A stretch of DNA of 58,051 nt from Chromera velia (taxonomy: Eukaryota). The translations under genes were made by a program, and so were the position numbers. The DNA lies in NCBI GenBank assembly GCA_018398765.1, contig JAHBMJ010000041.1:1-58051 (forward strand). The letters are read 5' to 3'. Position 1 is the stretch's first letter. Each line of letters opens with the position of its first letter. This document shows, piece after piece, positions 16,793-29,913 of this stretch. Below the pieces are notes generated by a model, which saw only the letters and a list, made by a program, of their open reading frames with translations, had not been told where the DNA came from and searched no databases.

Positions 16793-19700
16793 AGGCTGCT
16801 TCTTTCAGCAATCGGCGCTGACTATGATCTTAATTCCTGTCTCTGTTTGCAGATCGAGAGATGACGAGCTGTCTCAGTTCGCTGCCTCTGACACAGACTT
16901 GATGCTGACGATGCTGACGTTCGTGCTTCTGATTTCTTACAGTGCTGCGGTGTCGTTCTCGTGTGACCTCTACAAGAGCAAGTCAGTGAATGAATACGAA
17001 CATAAATAAAACAAAAGGAGCCGTTTTTCACCGTCTGTCTCTGCTCCTGATAAGTGCATGACTGGTGCTGAAGTTGAGCCCCTATTTCTGAGTCCTCTTG
17101 CTGGAGGCGTGTTGAGTGAGGTCGACTGGGGACTTTCTTTTGTGCGTGTTGTTGTGAGTTTTCGTCAAAGTTGACGATGAGCTTTGTGTAATAATCCTCG
17201 AAATCCATGCATCTGGTGTGGGACTTGCAGGGCCATTCCTGCATTGGCTGGGTGCACAGCTGCTGTGCTCGGGTGTCTGGCGGGCATAGGTCTAGCGTCA
17301 CTTTTCGGAGTGAAGTTTGTCCCCACAGCCCTGGTGACAATCTTCCTGGTCCTCGGTATCGGTGTGGACGATGCCTTCGTGATTTTGAACGCCTACAACC
17401 TCGCGTATCTGGTTGAACTTGCAAGGGTGGGTCGGTTTTCTTGTGTGGCGTGTTTGGGTAGTCATCTGCTTGTACGCATTGAAGGAGAGACAGACCATAT
17501 GAATGAGTCCTTGTGGATAGACAGATCTCAAGACGCACAGACAACCGGCAATTGTCTATCCTTCTGGTTCCCTCTCTGGCCGACAGGCCCGATTTGCTGC
17601 TGCTCCTTTTTCCCCCTGCCATATAAGCATCATTCTCATCCTCCCTGCCCCCTTCGCTTGCAGGATCGAGTGGCCCTCGCAATGAAGGACTCCGGAGTGG
17701 GTATCACAATGACGACGTCCACCAACATTCTCGCGTTCCTCATCGGAAGCTCGGCACCCTACCTGGCCATCAGGAACTTTTGTTACTTTTCTGCACTCGG
17801 AATGCTCATGGGGTGAGTCAGTCTCTCAGCCAAACAGAGAGAATCGGTTTTTCAAAAGCCATCTGTTACTTTTGTTCTCTGTTCCTTCGACGGCGCTTAT
17901 AGTGCTGCAATTTCATTCAGCTGATCGACACCTGGCTGCGATCTGGCAGGCCCCTTCGACCGCATGGAAGCTCTCACGCAGCCCGCCCCGACCGTTCAAG
18001 AGAGAAACGCATGATGCTGATAAAACTATGTAACCCAACGAACGCTTTGCAGGTACATCATGAGTAACACTTTCTTCGTCGCGTTCCTTGTCTTGGACGC
18101 CAAGCGTGAGGAGGCCGGTCGTCTTCTCTGTTTCTGTCTGCCGGCACAGAGCGACGTGGAGGCCCGAGTCGAGGCAAGAGAGAACAAAAAGATGCAAGCG
18201 ACAATGCAGATGCAAGCCACCGGATCTCACGGAAGAAACGGAGGAGCCACAGGGTCCCATGGGCGCAACATGGCTGCCACAGGAAGGAACGTTTCGAACA
18301 TGACTATGAGGCAAACCTTCCAGGGCACTCTCGCAGAGGCACAGGCAAAGAACCCCAACAACTTCTCGCTGGTCGCCTTCAAGGCCAGGATCGCGATGAA
18401 GTATGATGAGGAGGCCCAAGCTGCGGGTCCTAAAAGGTCGGGTCTATCTATCTATCTATCTATCTGTCTGTCTGTCTGTCGTCCTGTCGTCTATCTGTCT
18501 GTCTGTCTGTCTGTCTAGTTTGTCGGTTTGCCAGCCTCTCTGTTTGTCGATGCTAGAGTGGGCGGGAAAAGAATGGCAGCGAGAGTTTCCAAAAAATTTT
18601 GTTCTTTAGAGACAGATCGTAAATCGCATTCTACTTCTCTTTCCTGTTGCAGGATGGTGACCCGCCCAGAGCACCTGAAGATGGGGAATGTCGGATCTCC
18701 CTCAGGTCGGTCGGTGTGTCTCTGTTTGTCTTGCTGTCTTTCTCTCCTCTTTGTCGTTAGCCGTCTTCACCGCACGCTCTAATAGCATGGTGCTGCTCCC
18801 CTCAATCAAGTTTCACAGCCGCGTGAGGGTTAAGTGTTTCATGTTTTTGTTTGTGCGCGAGCCCGTACACTGTAGCCGGCTTTCTATGCATTTGTCTCCT
18901 TCCTTCTGTTTATTGTATGCAGGAAAGTCCCATATCTCGATTTCGTACAACCACAGAGACGGAACCGGAAGACCGAGGGACAGGGAGAGAGACAGACAGA
19001 GAAGACGTGCCAATGATCCGGAGGCAGGGCCCACCCCCGCAGTCAGGGGAGGCGGACAGGGAGGAGGCATGAACGGAACCATGAACGCGACAGGAAGGAC
19101 TAACCTGCACTCCACACAGCACAAAATTCTTCAACAGGTCCGTCAGTCAGACAGAGCGTCGGCCTCTGAGTTCTATTCACTATCCTTTCTTTCGCAGCCA
19201 CAGGAACTGTATTTGGAGCATTTTTTCGCCTCAAAATAAAAACGAAAGTTTCCCACTCTTTCCTCCCATTCTCTCCATCAATAAATTGCTCGACCGTTCC
19301 ACTGTTGAATTCTTGGTCTTTCTTCCTGCACTCTTGAATCCCTCCACCCATCCATCGATCGATCGGTCGCGCCTCCCTCCCTCCGTGCAGGTCCCCGAAC
19401 TCCTCCACGACGAAATCTTTGAGGAGCCCAAAGGACTGGTGGGTCGAGGATGGCGTATGTTCTTCCTGCACTACTATGGTCCCTTCATCCTCCACAAGTG
19501 GGTGAAGATCTTCCTCCTCCTCGGGTTCGCCGGACTCTTTGCGGCTGCGTGCGTCGGGTTCTCTCAACTGGGGGCTGGTCTGGATCTGACGGTCAGTTCT
19601 TTTTGTCTGCATGCATGTGTTGGTGCATGAGATTCGTGGGTCTTCGTCTAATGGTTTCTTTGTGTGTCGGTGTCCGATTTTTCTGGCTTAGATGGTTTGA

Positions 19701-22700
19701 CGAACAGTGCTGATGGGTGGGAAGTTGAACGAGAGAGCGAAGAGCACTTTTCCCTGTTGACCATGCGTTCTTCATTTTGTGTCCGTTGACTGCGCAGGTC
19801 CTCGCTGCTGATGACTCCTACATTGTGGCATACGATCTGGCGACCCGAAAGTATTTCGGATCCTTCGACTATCCCGTTGAGATCTTCTTCGAGGACAGAC
19901 ACGAGTGGTACGACCTGGAGGTGCAGGCCAAACTCAGCGAGCTTGAGAATAACTTGCTGGCCAGCGAGGACATTGAAGTGATTCTCTCACCGTTCCAGAG
20001 AATGCTGCAAGACGACGAGTACGGGCCAGACCTCAGGAGTGGAGACCCTTCTAAGTTCTATCCGACCATTCACAAGGTCAGTGGCTGACAGGAAGGGAAC
20101 CATGCGTCAGTTTCGGTCTCAGTGTCTCTCTGCATCTCTATTGCTCTCACTATCTGTGTATCTCTCTGAAGAATAAGGGGGACAAAAAGGGAGAGATAAT
20201 TTGTGTGTCTGCCTGTCTGTCTGCAGCTGGTAACAGACCCCGACTCCAACTACTTCAATTTCGGTCGAGACTTCATTTTCGACTCTAACGAGAAGTCAGT
20301 CGGTTTTCTCTGACAGTTCCTATCCTTTCAGTGTCGGTTCCCCCTTTTTTGTCGTTAGTGCTTGGCTCTCTTCTTTCCTATGTGGATATCTTTTCTCCTT
20401 CCTCTGTTGGTGTCTTTTCTCCTCTCCTCTTTATCTCCCGGATTTGATGTATTTTCTGTTCCGCCGTGACATTTGTCTCGTCTCTATGTTGCTGCAGACT
20501 GGTGACCTTCAAGTTCAACATTCTACCCAGATTCATGATCAACACAGAAGTGAGGGCGCAAATGATGACGGAAGTGAGAGAGGTAAGTGCGCTCAGAAAT
20601 TGAGAGGAGGTCTTTGAANGGGGGGGGGGGGGGGCGCTGAACTCGGGAGTTCCTTGAGCCCATGCGTCCATCTGCTTCCGTGTATTCTCTTTTTCTGAGC
20701 CTCTGAGCAGGTTTGTTTCTCTTCCCTCTGTCAACGCGTTCACTTTCTTGTGCTGCCTGTTTCTGTAATGAAACCAATCAAGTCCGTGTTCGTTGCAGAT
20801 CTGCGCCAACGCACGACCAGGCATCACGCCGGTCTCTTTCGGGTGGGTCTCTGGGCAGGTGGAGAGAGGGAGGGGTGCTGCCTAGACAGGGGTGTGGGAT
20901 CACCGCGGTGGAAGGAAAAGACACTACTTTGAGTTTTCTTTGTGCTTGTCCTTTTGTCTCTCCAGTCCGTCTCTGTTTCTGTCTCTCTGTGTGCAACTCT
21001 GTTCTCTCCAGGAGATGTTTCAGTTGGGACTCGTGTAGGGTGTCTAGGGTGTGCTACAGATCTGCTACCCGTGATACACCCTGCAGTTATTGAATTCTAC
21101 GTCTGCATTGTTTTTTTCTTTTTTGTGACTTCATCGCTTGAGCGCTCGCGTGCATGCAGGTATCTATTCATTTTCTTGGAGTCCGATCTTCAAATTCTTC
21201 CCGAGGTCATCCAGTCCATGTCTCTGGCCGTGGTGGTCATGTTCCTCATCGCCTGTCTGTCGATCTCGGACACAGTCTCGATCTTCTTCGTGCTCGCTCT
21301 GATGGGAGTGATCGACGTGGAGCTGTTCGGGTTCATGTACTTCTGGGACCTGAAGCTGAACATGTTGACGATGATCTGTCTGATCATTGCGGCGGGATTC
21401 GCGGTTGACTATCTGGCACACGTGTGTCATACCTTCTCACACTGTGAAGGGTAAGTCGATTGAGCGTACAGGGGGGGTCTTGGATGGAAGTCTTTCTTTC
21501 GCTGCCTTGATTGTTGTACGGGGAAGCATGAGATAGAAGCTGGTGACTCAGCTGGGAGTCGTGGGGAGCTCATTTGATTTTCTGTCGTGTGAGCCCAGCC
21601 AGCTTCTAAACCTCTTCTCTGGGGCTCCTTGCCTTGCCTTGCCTTGAAGTCCAAAGTTGCCCTCTGGTAGGCCTCTGGAACTTCTTTCTCGCACAGAGAA
21701 GGATAGGATACTTTTCTGATTCGATGACGTTCCTCCCTGTATGCGTGTGTATGCGTATATGTATGTGTGAACATATTATGATTGGCTGCATCTATGTGGT
21801 GCTTGCAGAGAGACGAGAGACCTCAGAGTAATCGAGACCCTAGTGCTGATGGGAGTACCTGTGTTCAATGGAGGCATCACGACCATGTTGGGCGTCTTCC
21901 TTCTAGCGTTCACCAACTCTTTCATCTTCAGGGTGTTCTTCAAGATGATGACCATGGTGCGTTCGTTTTTTTTTTTTTTTTACTTTCATACAGAATGCAT
22001 CTTCAGGGTGTTCTTCAAGATGATGACCATGGTGTGTTCGCATTTTTTTCTTTTTTTTTTTTACTTTCATACAGAATGCATCTTCAGGGTGTTCTTCAAG
22101 ATGATGATCATGGTGCGTTCGTTACTCCGTCGGTTCAAACTGTTTAGCTTCATCCGTATGAATGTGAAAGTCGAACGACCGGTCTCAGAGGTGTTTGAAC
22201 GGTCAATGAAGATCAAGGTGACAGAGCCACGCGGAGAAAAAGAGGCCGACACTCAGTCTCTCCTGCTGTCGTAGATCAGTGGCTTTCCTCTCTCTCCTTG
22301 TCCTTTTTCACCACCTTACATCACGACATTCAATCAAATCAGTATGGTGCGGTTGTACCTGCGGGCTTTTGTTTTGCACATTTAGAAAATCTTCTCTTCC
22401 TCATATCATTTCATTCCACTGCAGGTGTGCGGATTCGGGCTTCTGAACGCGCTCTGCCTGCTTCCCATTCTACTGTCCTACTTTGGGCAACTGAGCACAC
22501 ACGGACACCGCGGAGAGGAAGACGCGAAGACTGCGGGAGGAGACGACAACAAGTCTCTGGGACTCTCTGACGGCAGACAGAGCAGAGAGAGCGACAGAGA
22601 CCGACACCGCGATAGGAGGGCCTCCAAAGATCCCATCAAATCCCCAACCATGGAGACACAACACACAGATCCAGACCGATACCCCGACGAGGGATCCGAG

Positions 22701-23468
22701 ATGCCCTTCTCAGATCAATTCGTGTATGACTCATCCGGACGCCCCATTCCCCTCAATCACGTCACATCCCCCAACGCCCACGCACCCGCCAGAGAGGTCC
22801 TTTCTGAGGGGGAGAGGTCGGACAGACGGGGGGACAGAAGAGGGGACAGCCGAAAAGTTGGTGGAAACTCACGAAGGAACAGCCGCGGCCCCACACCAGC
22901 TGTCCGGGGCCAGACCCTCCAGGCTCCCCCCCAGGGAGCAGAGGACTCTCTGAACCTGACATCCTCCCAGAACTACCGAGGTCAAAACCCGCCTCGTGAG
23001 AACAGGGAGATGAGCGGTACACTGATGGACGGCACTAGACGCAGAGACTCCGGAAGGATGGAGTCGGACGGTGAGTTCAGCAGGAGAGAGGGGAGGGGAC
23101 GGTCATCCTCTCGTCAACCCGGAGGCGAACGTGAACCCCGCGACTCTTCCACGCGCCGGGGTCATCGTGACTCTTCAACAATCCGCAGAGGGCGTCGGGA
23201 TCCGTCGGTTCGTCGGGCACCCGCCCCTGCTCCTGCTGAGCATGACGACGGGTTTGGTGGTGGGATGAGATTCCGTTCCAACTCCCCAAACGCCAGGGGT
23301 CGGGAGTCTGGGGGGGATGAGGGTTTCAGAGGTGGGGAAAGGGGCGGAGGGAGGGACGGCTCGGTTCGCCGTGGAGAGTCTCGTCGCAACAGCCACAGAA
23401 GGGGAAGCTCGGGGAGATACAACGATAGGGAGAGGGGAGCATCGAGCAACAGAATGGGCGGGAGGTGA
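13429..23468 (+). CDS. Patched/Niemann-Pick C1-related sterol-sensing-domain membrane protein (RND superfamily; apicomplexan NCR1-like)
   Basis: 22 phase-compatible GT..AG exons: 13429-13635, 13764-13806, 13920-14130, 14552-14642, 14925-15254, 15468-15662, 16021-16128, 16362-16417, 16853-16981, 17231-17426, 17664-17812, 18053-18436, 18653-18705, 18923-19137, 19391-19591, 19798-20076, 20227-20294, 20498-20582, 20799-20842, 21160-21450, 21809-21956, 22425-23468. SSD motifs FLVLGIGVDDAFVIL and GITMTTSTNILAFLIG; second-half motifs AAGFAVDYLAHVCH and IFRVFFKMM; long R/G/S-rich C-terminal tail. Confidence 0.93.
21922..22122 (+). repeat. Tandem triplication of the exon-21 3' end plus splice donor of the Patched-like gene
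   Basis: catcttcagggtgttcttcaagatgatga(c/t)catg|gtg(c/t)gttcg occurs three times, with periods of 75 and 81 bp. Confidence 0.95.
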
Positions 23469-25862
23469 GAATCAATGCAATGTGACTGGGCGTGCAGAGA
23501 GGGAAACAAGGGTGGGGGGGGGGACACAGGGATGACCGTTCAGTCGATTCGATTTTACGAAGGAGGAGAGTGAGGTAAAAACTGGACATGCAGGTGAAAT
23601 AAGAGCGAATGAGAAGGCACTCATCGAATACCAGAGTCTGCAGAGAGGGAGCAGGTCCTCTGAATTCATTGGAAAGAAACCGCAACTGAATATGATGAGG
23701 AGCTCACGGAAGGAGACGATATCAGAATGTGAAGAAGTCGTCAAACGCGAATGGTGGGGATTGAAAAATAGCTCAAGAACAAGCACATACAGTAGGACTA
23801 TTGAAACAAAAAAGCGGGGGGAAGGGTAAAGGAAAGCAGGAGGGGGAAAAGCTTTTGTCTTGGGGTGGGTCTTTCTTTCTCGTGCTCAAATGACTGTCTG
23901 TTTCTCGTTATCGCATCTGTTCTGTCCACTCGCCTGTCTGTCTGTCCGTTTTTCTTCTCATTCGTTCTAGCTGCATGGAGGAGCGTCTGTCGGTCAACTC
24001 CGGTGCTTCTTCTTTTTTGCATACGTCCGTGCAATTAAGAGAATTCAACTAGTTGCGTGCATGCATGTGTGTGTGCGTGTATCGGTGTGTGTGATGCCCG
24101 TAAGACAATGAAACGATCGATCAATCGATTGGTCGGTCGGTCAGTCCCTGCAGTGCAATGCAATGCAGTCGATAGAGACGCCATTCACTCCTTCGTACCC
24201 ACTGACAGAGTGCCAACAGAGTGCTCGACTGACGGCAAGTCGATTGGGGTCGGGGGGGGATGGGGTCAGAAAATAATGTTCAAAAGAAAACCAGATGGAG
24301 CGGTTGTTTCTCATCCGGAAGGATTCAGAGGATGGGCCTTGGTACGGTACAGGACTTGGAAGGGGGATAGGGAAGGGACGTCCAGGTCGAGACAGGAGCC
24401 TGAAGAAAGTTGTTTCATGCACCTGCTTGCACCCAGACTTGCGTCCTTTTATGTGACAGAAGAAGAATCCCTCTCTCATACGACAAACAGAAACCGGTTG
24501 AAGAGGTGGTAAGTTTTGGAACAGTTGAATCGACTCATGCCTAGACTCATACATACAGGGGCAGCCATATAGAGCTCCTTCAAATCTTTGAGCACAAATG
24601 TAAGAATTCTAAATACTAGACTATGAGAATTATAATGAGATTTAACATTGCTGGGTTTGATAGGACTTACCCCCACATCACGATCATTACTATCAGATCA
24701 CGTCGAGATACTGCTATACTACTATTTTAGAGCTAGTTCTAGAGATACTACCAGTGTATAAGTAGGCAGCACGACTATATGAAAATTTGTAACGAAAGAT
24801 TACAAAGTAGTATAACTGTAGTACATTGAATTTGTACTGAAATTCCGAAGAGCGTAAAAATAGCTCTAGGTATAGCTATGCTTATGCACCCAGAGCCTAA
24901 ACCCAGAAGCCGTTTTAGGACTGGAATTCGGATTATAGAATTCATATTAATTGATTGATAGTTTTGAGTTCCCACGTGATCGATCCCACACGTTCAGCTA
25001 CTAGACGTTGATATATAGACTTTATAGTTTTTATCAATGGATGAATTCATTATGCAATCGCCAATAATCAGAAAAAAAAATCAAAATTGATAATAAATCT
25101 TGAAGTTGTACATATAGATTGAGGTAATTTCTAGACTGTGTGTTTCAATGCATCGCATTTTTTTCGAACGAACGGATGTTGTATCTGGGTGATGATTGAA
25201 TTTTTTAGTTCACAGCTCTGATAAAGTTCATTTCTCGTTCGAGGTGTTCTCCTTCTTTTATCCTTCTTTTTAAATTTATTCACAAGTACAGACTACATGC
25301 CACATGGACAAAACGATTTCGATTCAACTAAGAATCGATCGATGGATCGAAGAAATGATACAAGTCACCTCTTTCCCCCAATCGTTTCCTTTCTTTCCTT
25401 AATTTTTCTTTTCTTCCACAGGGAACAAGCTTCCTTCGTTCGACCTGTCCCGTCCTCCTGTGCCCATACACGCTAGAGAGCCCGCCAGTACGTGCATCTC
25501 AACGAATGCCCTAGCTGCCACCATACGGACGTACGCATGGATCATGCAGCCAAGATCCACCCGTCGTCCATGGCCTGCCTTAGTTTCTGGCTGCCTGCAA
25601 GCGTGCCTGTCTGCATGCATGCCTGCATGGCTGGGTTATGGTAGGGACATGGGTCAGTCAGTGACCTCCCCTCTTTGTTGCATGCTTCTTCGACGTCTTA
25701 CTTCGAGACTCGTGACTCGTCCATCGAAAATCAGACATGCACGAAAACAATGTGAAGCAAATCAAGCCACTTTCTTTTTTAATAGAAGAAATGTATCACG
25801 CGATGAGAGGAATTAAGCGTTGCCACCGTACTGGCAGCCTGCTTTGTGATAAAGACACACAC

Positions 25863-25925
<63 letters not shown>

Positions 25926-27157
25926 AGAAAGATTCAGAGAAGAAAGAAACATTGGATCTTCAAATCGCCATGAACCTCAGCATCATCAGCACGGCACAAA
26001 GAATGAATGATTGAGCTAGAGCATGAATGAAAGAAACGACAGCACTGCAGTGAGTGACATGAAGATTGCCACACTCTTTTCTTTCTTTATTTTATAAAGG
26101 ATAGAAAGTCAGGCAGTCAGTCTGAGATTCAGCGATTCGGTCAGTCAGTCAGGTCTGTATGTCCATTCCAGTTGTTTTGTTTGCGAAATCAGGCCAGAGA
26201 GGAAAGTAAAGGGGGCAATTAACATTTGAAGTTGTGAGGGAATTCATGGAGAAAGAGGGGCGGGCAAACATCAGAGTGAGTTCCTTTACCACAAAGCCCT
26301 CCACTGCGTGGAAGGGAGATCTGTGCGTGAAGCAGCAGCAAAGGAGTGCAGGAAGGAACGAGAAAGGGAAGGAAAAGACGGAAGGGCATGAAGGGAGGGC
26401 AAATGCGATTGACATGTCTATCAATGGAACGTACAGAGAGGAGTCACCAAGCAAAGGGAACGGCGTTCGCATGTGCATGGAGAATTCTTTGCTTCCTTCC
26501 CTCCCTTCCTCTGACTGTTAGACAGAGGGTATTGGTCATTTTGTTCTCTCCGGGGCATGCACTTTGATGGCGGAGACAAAAGAGGAACAAGGAAGATGGG
26601 TGGGAGCGAAGATTTGGTTGGGGCAGGGAAGGAAGCAAACTGCCTCACTCTCTGTCCGTTAGTTATGATGATGCTAACCCACCCACCCTCCGACCGACCG
26701 ACTAGTGCCTGACGTCCTCAACCTCTGTTTCATGGAGGGTGTTGTTTGCTCTTCATCAACTTAGAATGGAAGAAAGTGGCTTGGGAATGATACAGATAGA
26801 GCGAAGGGAAATAAACAACGACGAAAGTCGAGTGCTTTTTTGAAAGGAACGGCAGGCATTTGCGGCTCTCGGTCTTCAGTCATTTTCTGCATCAACTCCG
26901 GCAGCCTGAAACTGCTATCCTTCATTCTACGTCTTCTGGGCCTACGTCCCTCTTCGTTTTTTAATGCATCTCTTCTTTCTTACTTTGTCTTTCTGCTTTT
27001 CTCCTTCTTAATGTGCGCATGCACAGAGGGAGGCGTGACCCGGCCGTACGTCTCTTTTTCTAAAGTCGACTACTTAAAGGTCAAATAGAACAGAGGAGAC
27101 AGGATCACGAAATGAGGTCCTACTATGAAAAGTCAGAGTCAGACACAGGGGGGGGGN

Positions 27158-27206
<49 letters not shown>

Positions 27207-27867
27207 AGGAAGAAGATTTCAATTGATGCTTGCACCCTTTCTTGACGCCAAAAGTTGTCCTCTGGCTAGTTCATGCCCTACCTTCACGTCTTCCCTTTTC
27301 GTACTTCAAGCGTATGTGCAGGTGCCTTTTTTCTCAGGGTGCTTTTTGAGTTCTCCCATGAATCTTCCTACCTCCCTCCCTGTATTGGTCAGACGACTTC
27401 TCTTTCTTCCCCCCATGTTTGAATTTATTCCCCCCCATGCTGTGCTCTCCTGAATTTCCATTTTCTTCCTTTCTTTCTTCCTTCCTTCCTTCCTTCCTTC
27501 CTTGTTTCCCCCCTTCTACTGCTACGACTACATCGCAAAGTATCATTCAGAAAGGGAAGAAGGGATTCAGGGTGCAAATCCCTTCGGCTTCTTCCCCTCA
27601 CCCCCCTTCCTTCCTTCTTTTCCTGACCTGACCTGATCCCCTCCGGTTCTAAAATCATTAATTGGCTTCCCTCCATCCATCCATCCATCCATCCATCCAC
27701 CGATCTCTCCTTCCGGCAATGCAAGCTTCTTTCCTTTCCTTCTTTCACAATCCACACGGACGGTTACTCAATTTCATGCCCTCCATACCCTCACTCACTG
27801 ATCCCATCACCCATGCACCCCAACGACATGCAGGCATGCATCATGAGGGGGGAGTCGTGTGTGTGTT

Positions 27868-29913
27868 CTACGAGAAGAAAAGACACGCGGAGTCCCCATC
27901 GAGAGCCATCAGGGTATGCTCCACGTCCTGCAGCGCGTTGTCGTCCACCTCCCCGTCCGATTCGCCCTCTAGACCCCCCACACCCGCACCCGCCCCTCCC
28001 CCTCCCCCAGACATCACATACCCCATAGTCACAGGATCAATTCCGTGCAGGTGCAGAATGCTCCCTCTGTTTTGAGTGTTGGCATCTGAGGCTGCACTCA
28101 CAATTCTCTCCGGACGCATCCGGTCCGACGGGGTGCCCTGCTCCCTCACGGGCGACTGTCCCCTCTTCTTCAGTACACCTCTCACCTTCGCGTTCTGCAC
28201 TTTTGCTGTCAAAGTTTGTAGAGCGCCTAGGAGTGCGGTGAGTCTCTGCTGGTCGACACCACCACCAGGGGACTCAATACCGGACGGGGGGGGGTAGGGA
28301 TAGGCGTAGGCTTGCGGGGGTGGGTATGCATAGGGGCCCGGAGGGGGGTAAAATTGGGGAGGCATGCCATGAGCAGGCGCATTCTCTTCAACTCGCATTT
28401 GCTTTCCCCTTCCTGTTCTGTCGTCGGCTTCGGCAAAGAAACGGGGAGGAGACCCACCTTTTACACCCGGAGATTTGAACTGTTCCTCAAGACGGGCGTG
28501 CTCGTCGGCAACGATTGCTGCTGCAAATTCTGCGCCCTTTGTCTGCTGGAGTGTATTGGCTCTGGACTTCAAACGTTCGTATGCTACTGCCTTCTGCAGC
28601 GTTCTCGTAAGATGACTCTGGTTGGCTAGAAGGTGGTCAAGCAAAGCGGGGACAGTTCGGATAAGGACCTCATTGGGTACATCGTCTTTTTTCATGTCTG
28701 CAATGTTCTTGACGTCCTCATCTGTCCACTTGAGCTCTTTGATGATGTCCTTGAAGTGGAGGTCTTCAACGTACTCTCTGCATGTATGAATACACATAGG
28801 GAGGGGAGGGGAGGACCATGCAGAGGGACGGATCATTCACACATCTATAAGGTTGTGCATACTTTCATCTCTTTATCCACCTACTAACCCCACCAATTGA
28901 TTCAATCGCTCATGCATTCCTTGATGAATTCCTTCGTCACCTTTCTCAGCCCCTCCTTGTCTCGGCTTGATAATCTAAAAAAAGATAAATTCTTCTGATT
29001 TGAAAACGAATGCACACAAACATCACAACACATCACAACATGTTCGAAGATCAAGGCATGACTGATGGAAGAGCATTGATTGAAAAGTTCATCTGCGTTC
29101 CAGCTTGACAAGGCAACGCTGGCTCCCGCCTGATTTCTCTATATACGTCCCCCGTACCCACCTGTACATAACGAGAAAGATCGCGAAGAGCGGTTTTGAG
29201 ATGATGTCTCCAATGCCGTGCATCAAATCAATCACGGAGAGATCCACGATCCCATGACTGGGGTCGATATCGTCCCTCAAGATCCAGGCTGTCGGGAAGA
29301 TTGCCCAACCAATCAGCATGGTGCACGAAGCAATGATCAGCATGTTCCCTGCTTTCTTCGAACAGGCATGTTGTTTGCAGACTTTGATGATCGACATGGC
29401 CTGCTTTCCTGTTGTACAAATGATCACAAGCACAATCGTCAGTCCGAACGAGAACAAGAGCCAGTGAGCGGAGCCCTGAATGATCTCTGTGGCGTTTGCC
29501 ATCACCAGAGCACCAAACACGGCCCCGGCATAAAAAGTCACCCCCTCCATACGGATCGTTTCTGCCCAATCGTACATGATCAGGGGACACCCAACAATGT
29601 ATCCCCAGTACGCATAGTCGATCGTGTTGAAGCCAATGGGCTGATCCCGATACAAGTCAAAGGCCTGAGCTGCCTTGAGGGAATACTCAACGAATGAGAT
29701 GGCTGAAATGATCACTCCAATGAAACGGGAAAGAGGCAACTGTTTTGCCCCGACGAGATTCTTGTCGAGTCCGTTCTCCCACTTCAGTCGTGTCACGTTA
29801 CGGGTCCCGATGAAGTTTGCTGATCGGTGGTACAGCCACATGGCAGCCAGAGCCTGTACAACTGCCACAATGATGAAGAAGATGCCGAGCTCGGCCAGGC
29901 TGAGGGTCGCCAT
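27868..29913 (-). CDS. Microbial (type-1) rhodopsin, bacteriorhodopsin-like cation/kalium channelrhodopsin (BCCR/KCR)-related, with a long cytoplasmic tail (~553 aa)
   Basis: Exon 1 (29913-29162) encodes 7 hydrophobic helices: helix B YSLK, helix C YAYWGYIVGCPLIMYD, helix F GWAIFP, helix G MHGIGDIISK (Schiff-base Lys240, Asp236). A phase-2 intron 29161-28778 (GTGGGT..TGCAG) joins in frame to exon 2 (28777-27868), giving ...VMYR/EYVEDLHF.... Confidence 0.9.

Noticed and set aside
24540..27800. Assorted short ORFs between the Patched-like gene and the rhodopsin
   Set aside because: No domain motifs or consistent exon chain; low-complexity intergenic or UTR sequence and decayed AT-rich repeat.
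28902..28975. Possible extra rhodopsin exon (LSSRDKEGLRK...)
   Set aside because: The acceptor is phase-compatible, but no donor joins it in frame to the TGCAG acceptor of the tail; the single-intron model is simpler. It remains possible as a short alternative ending.
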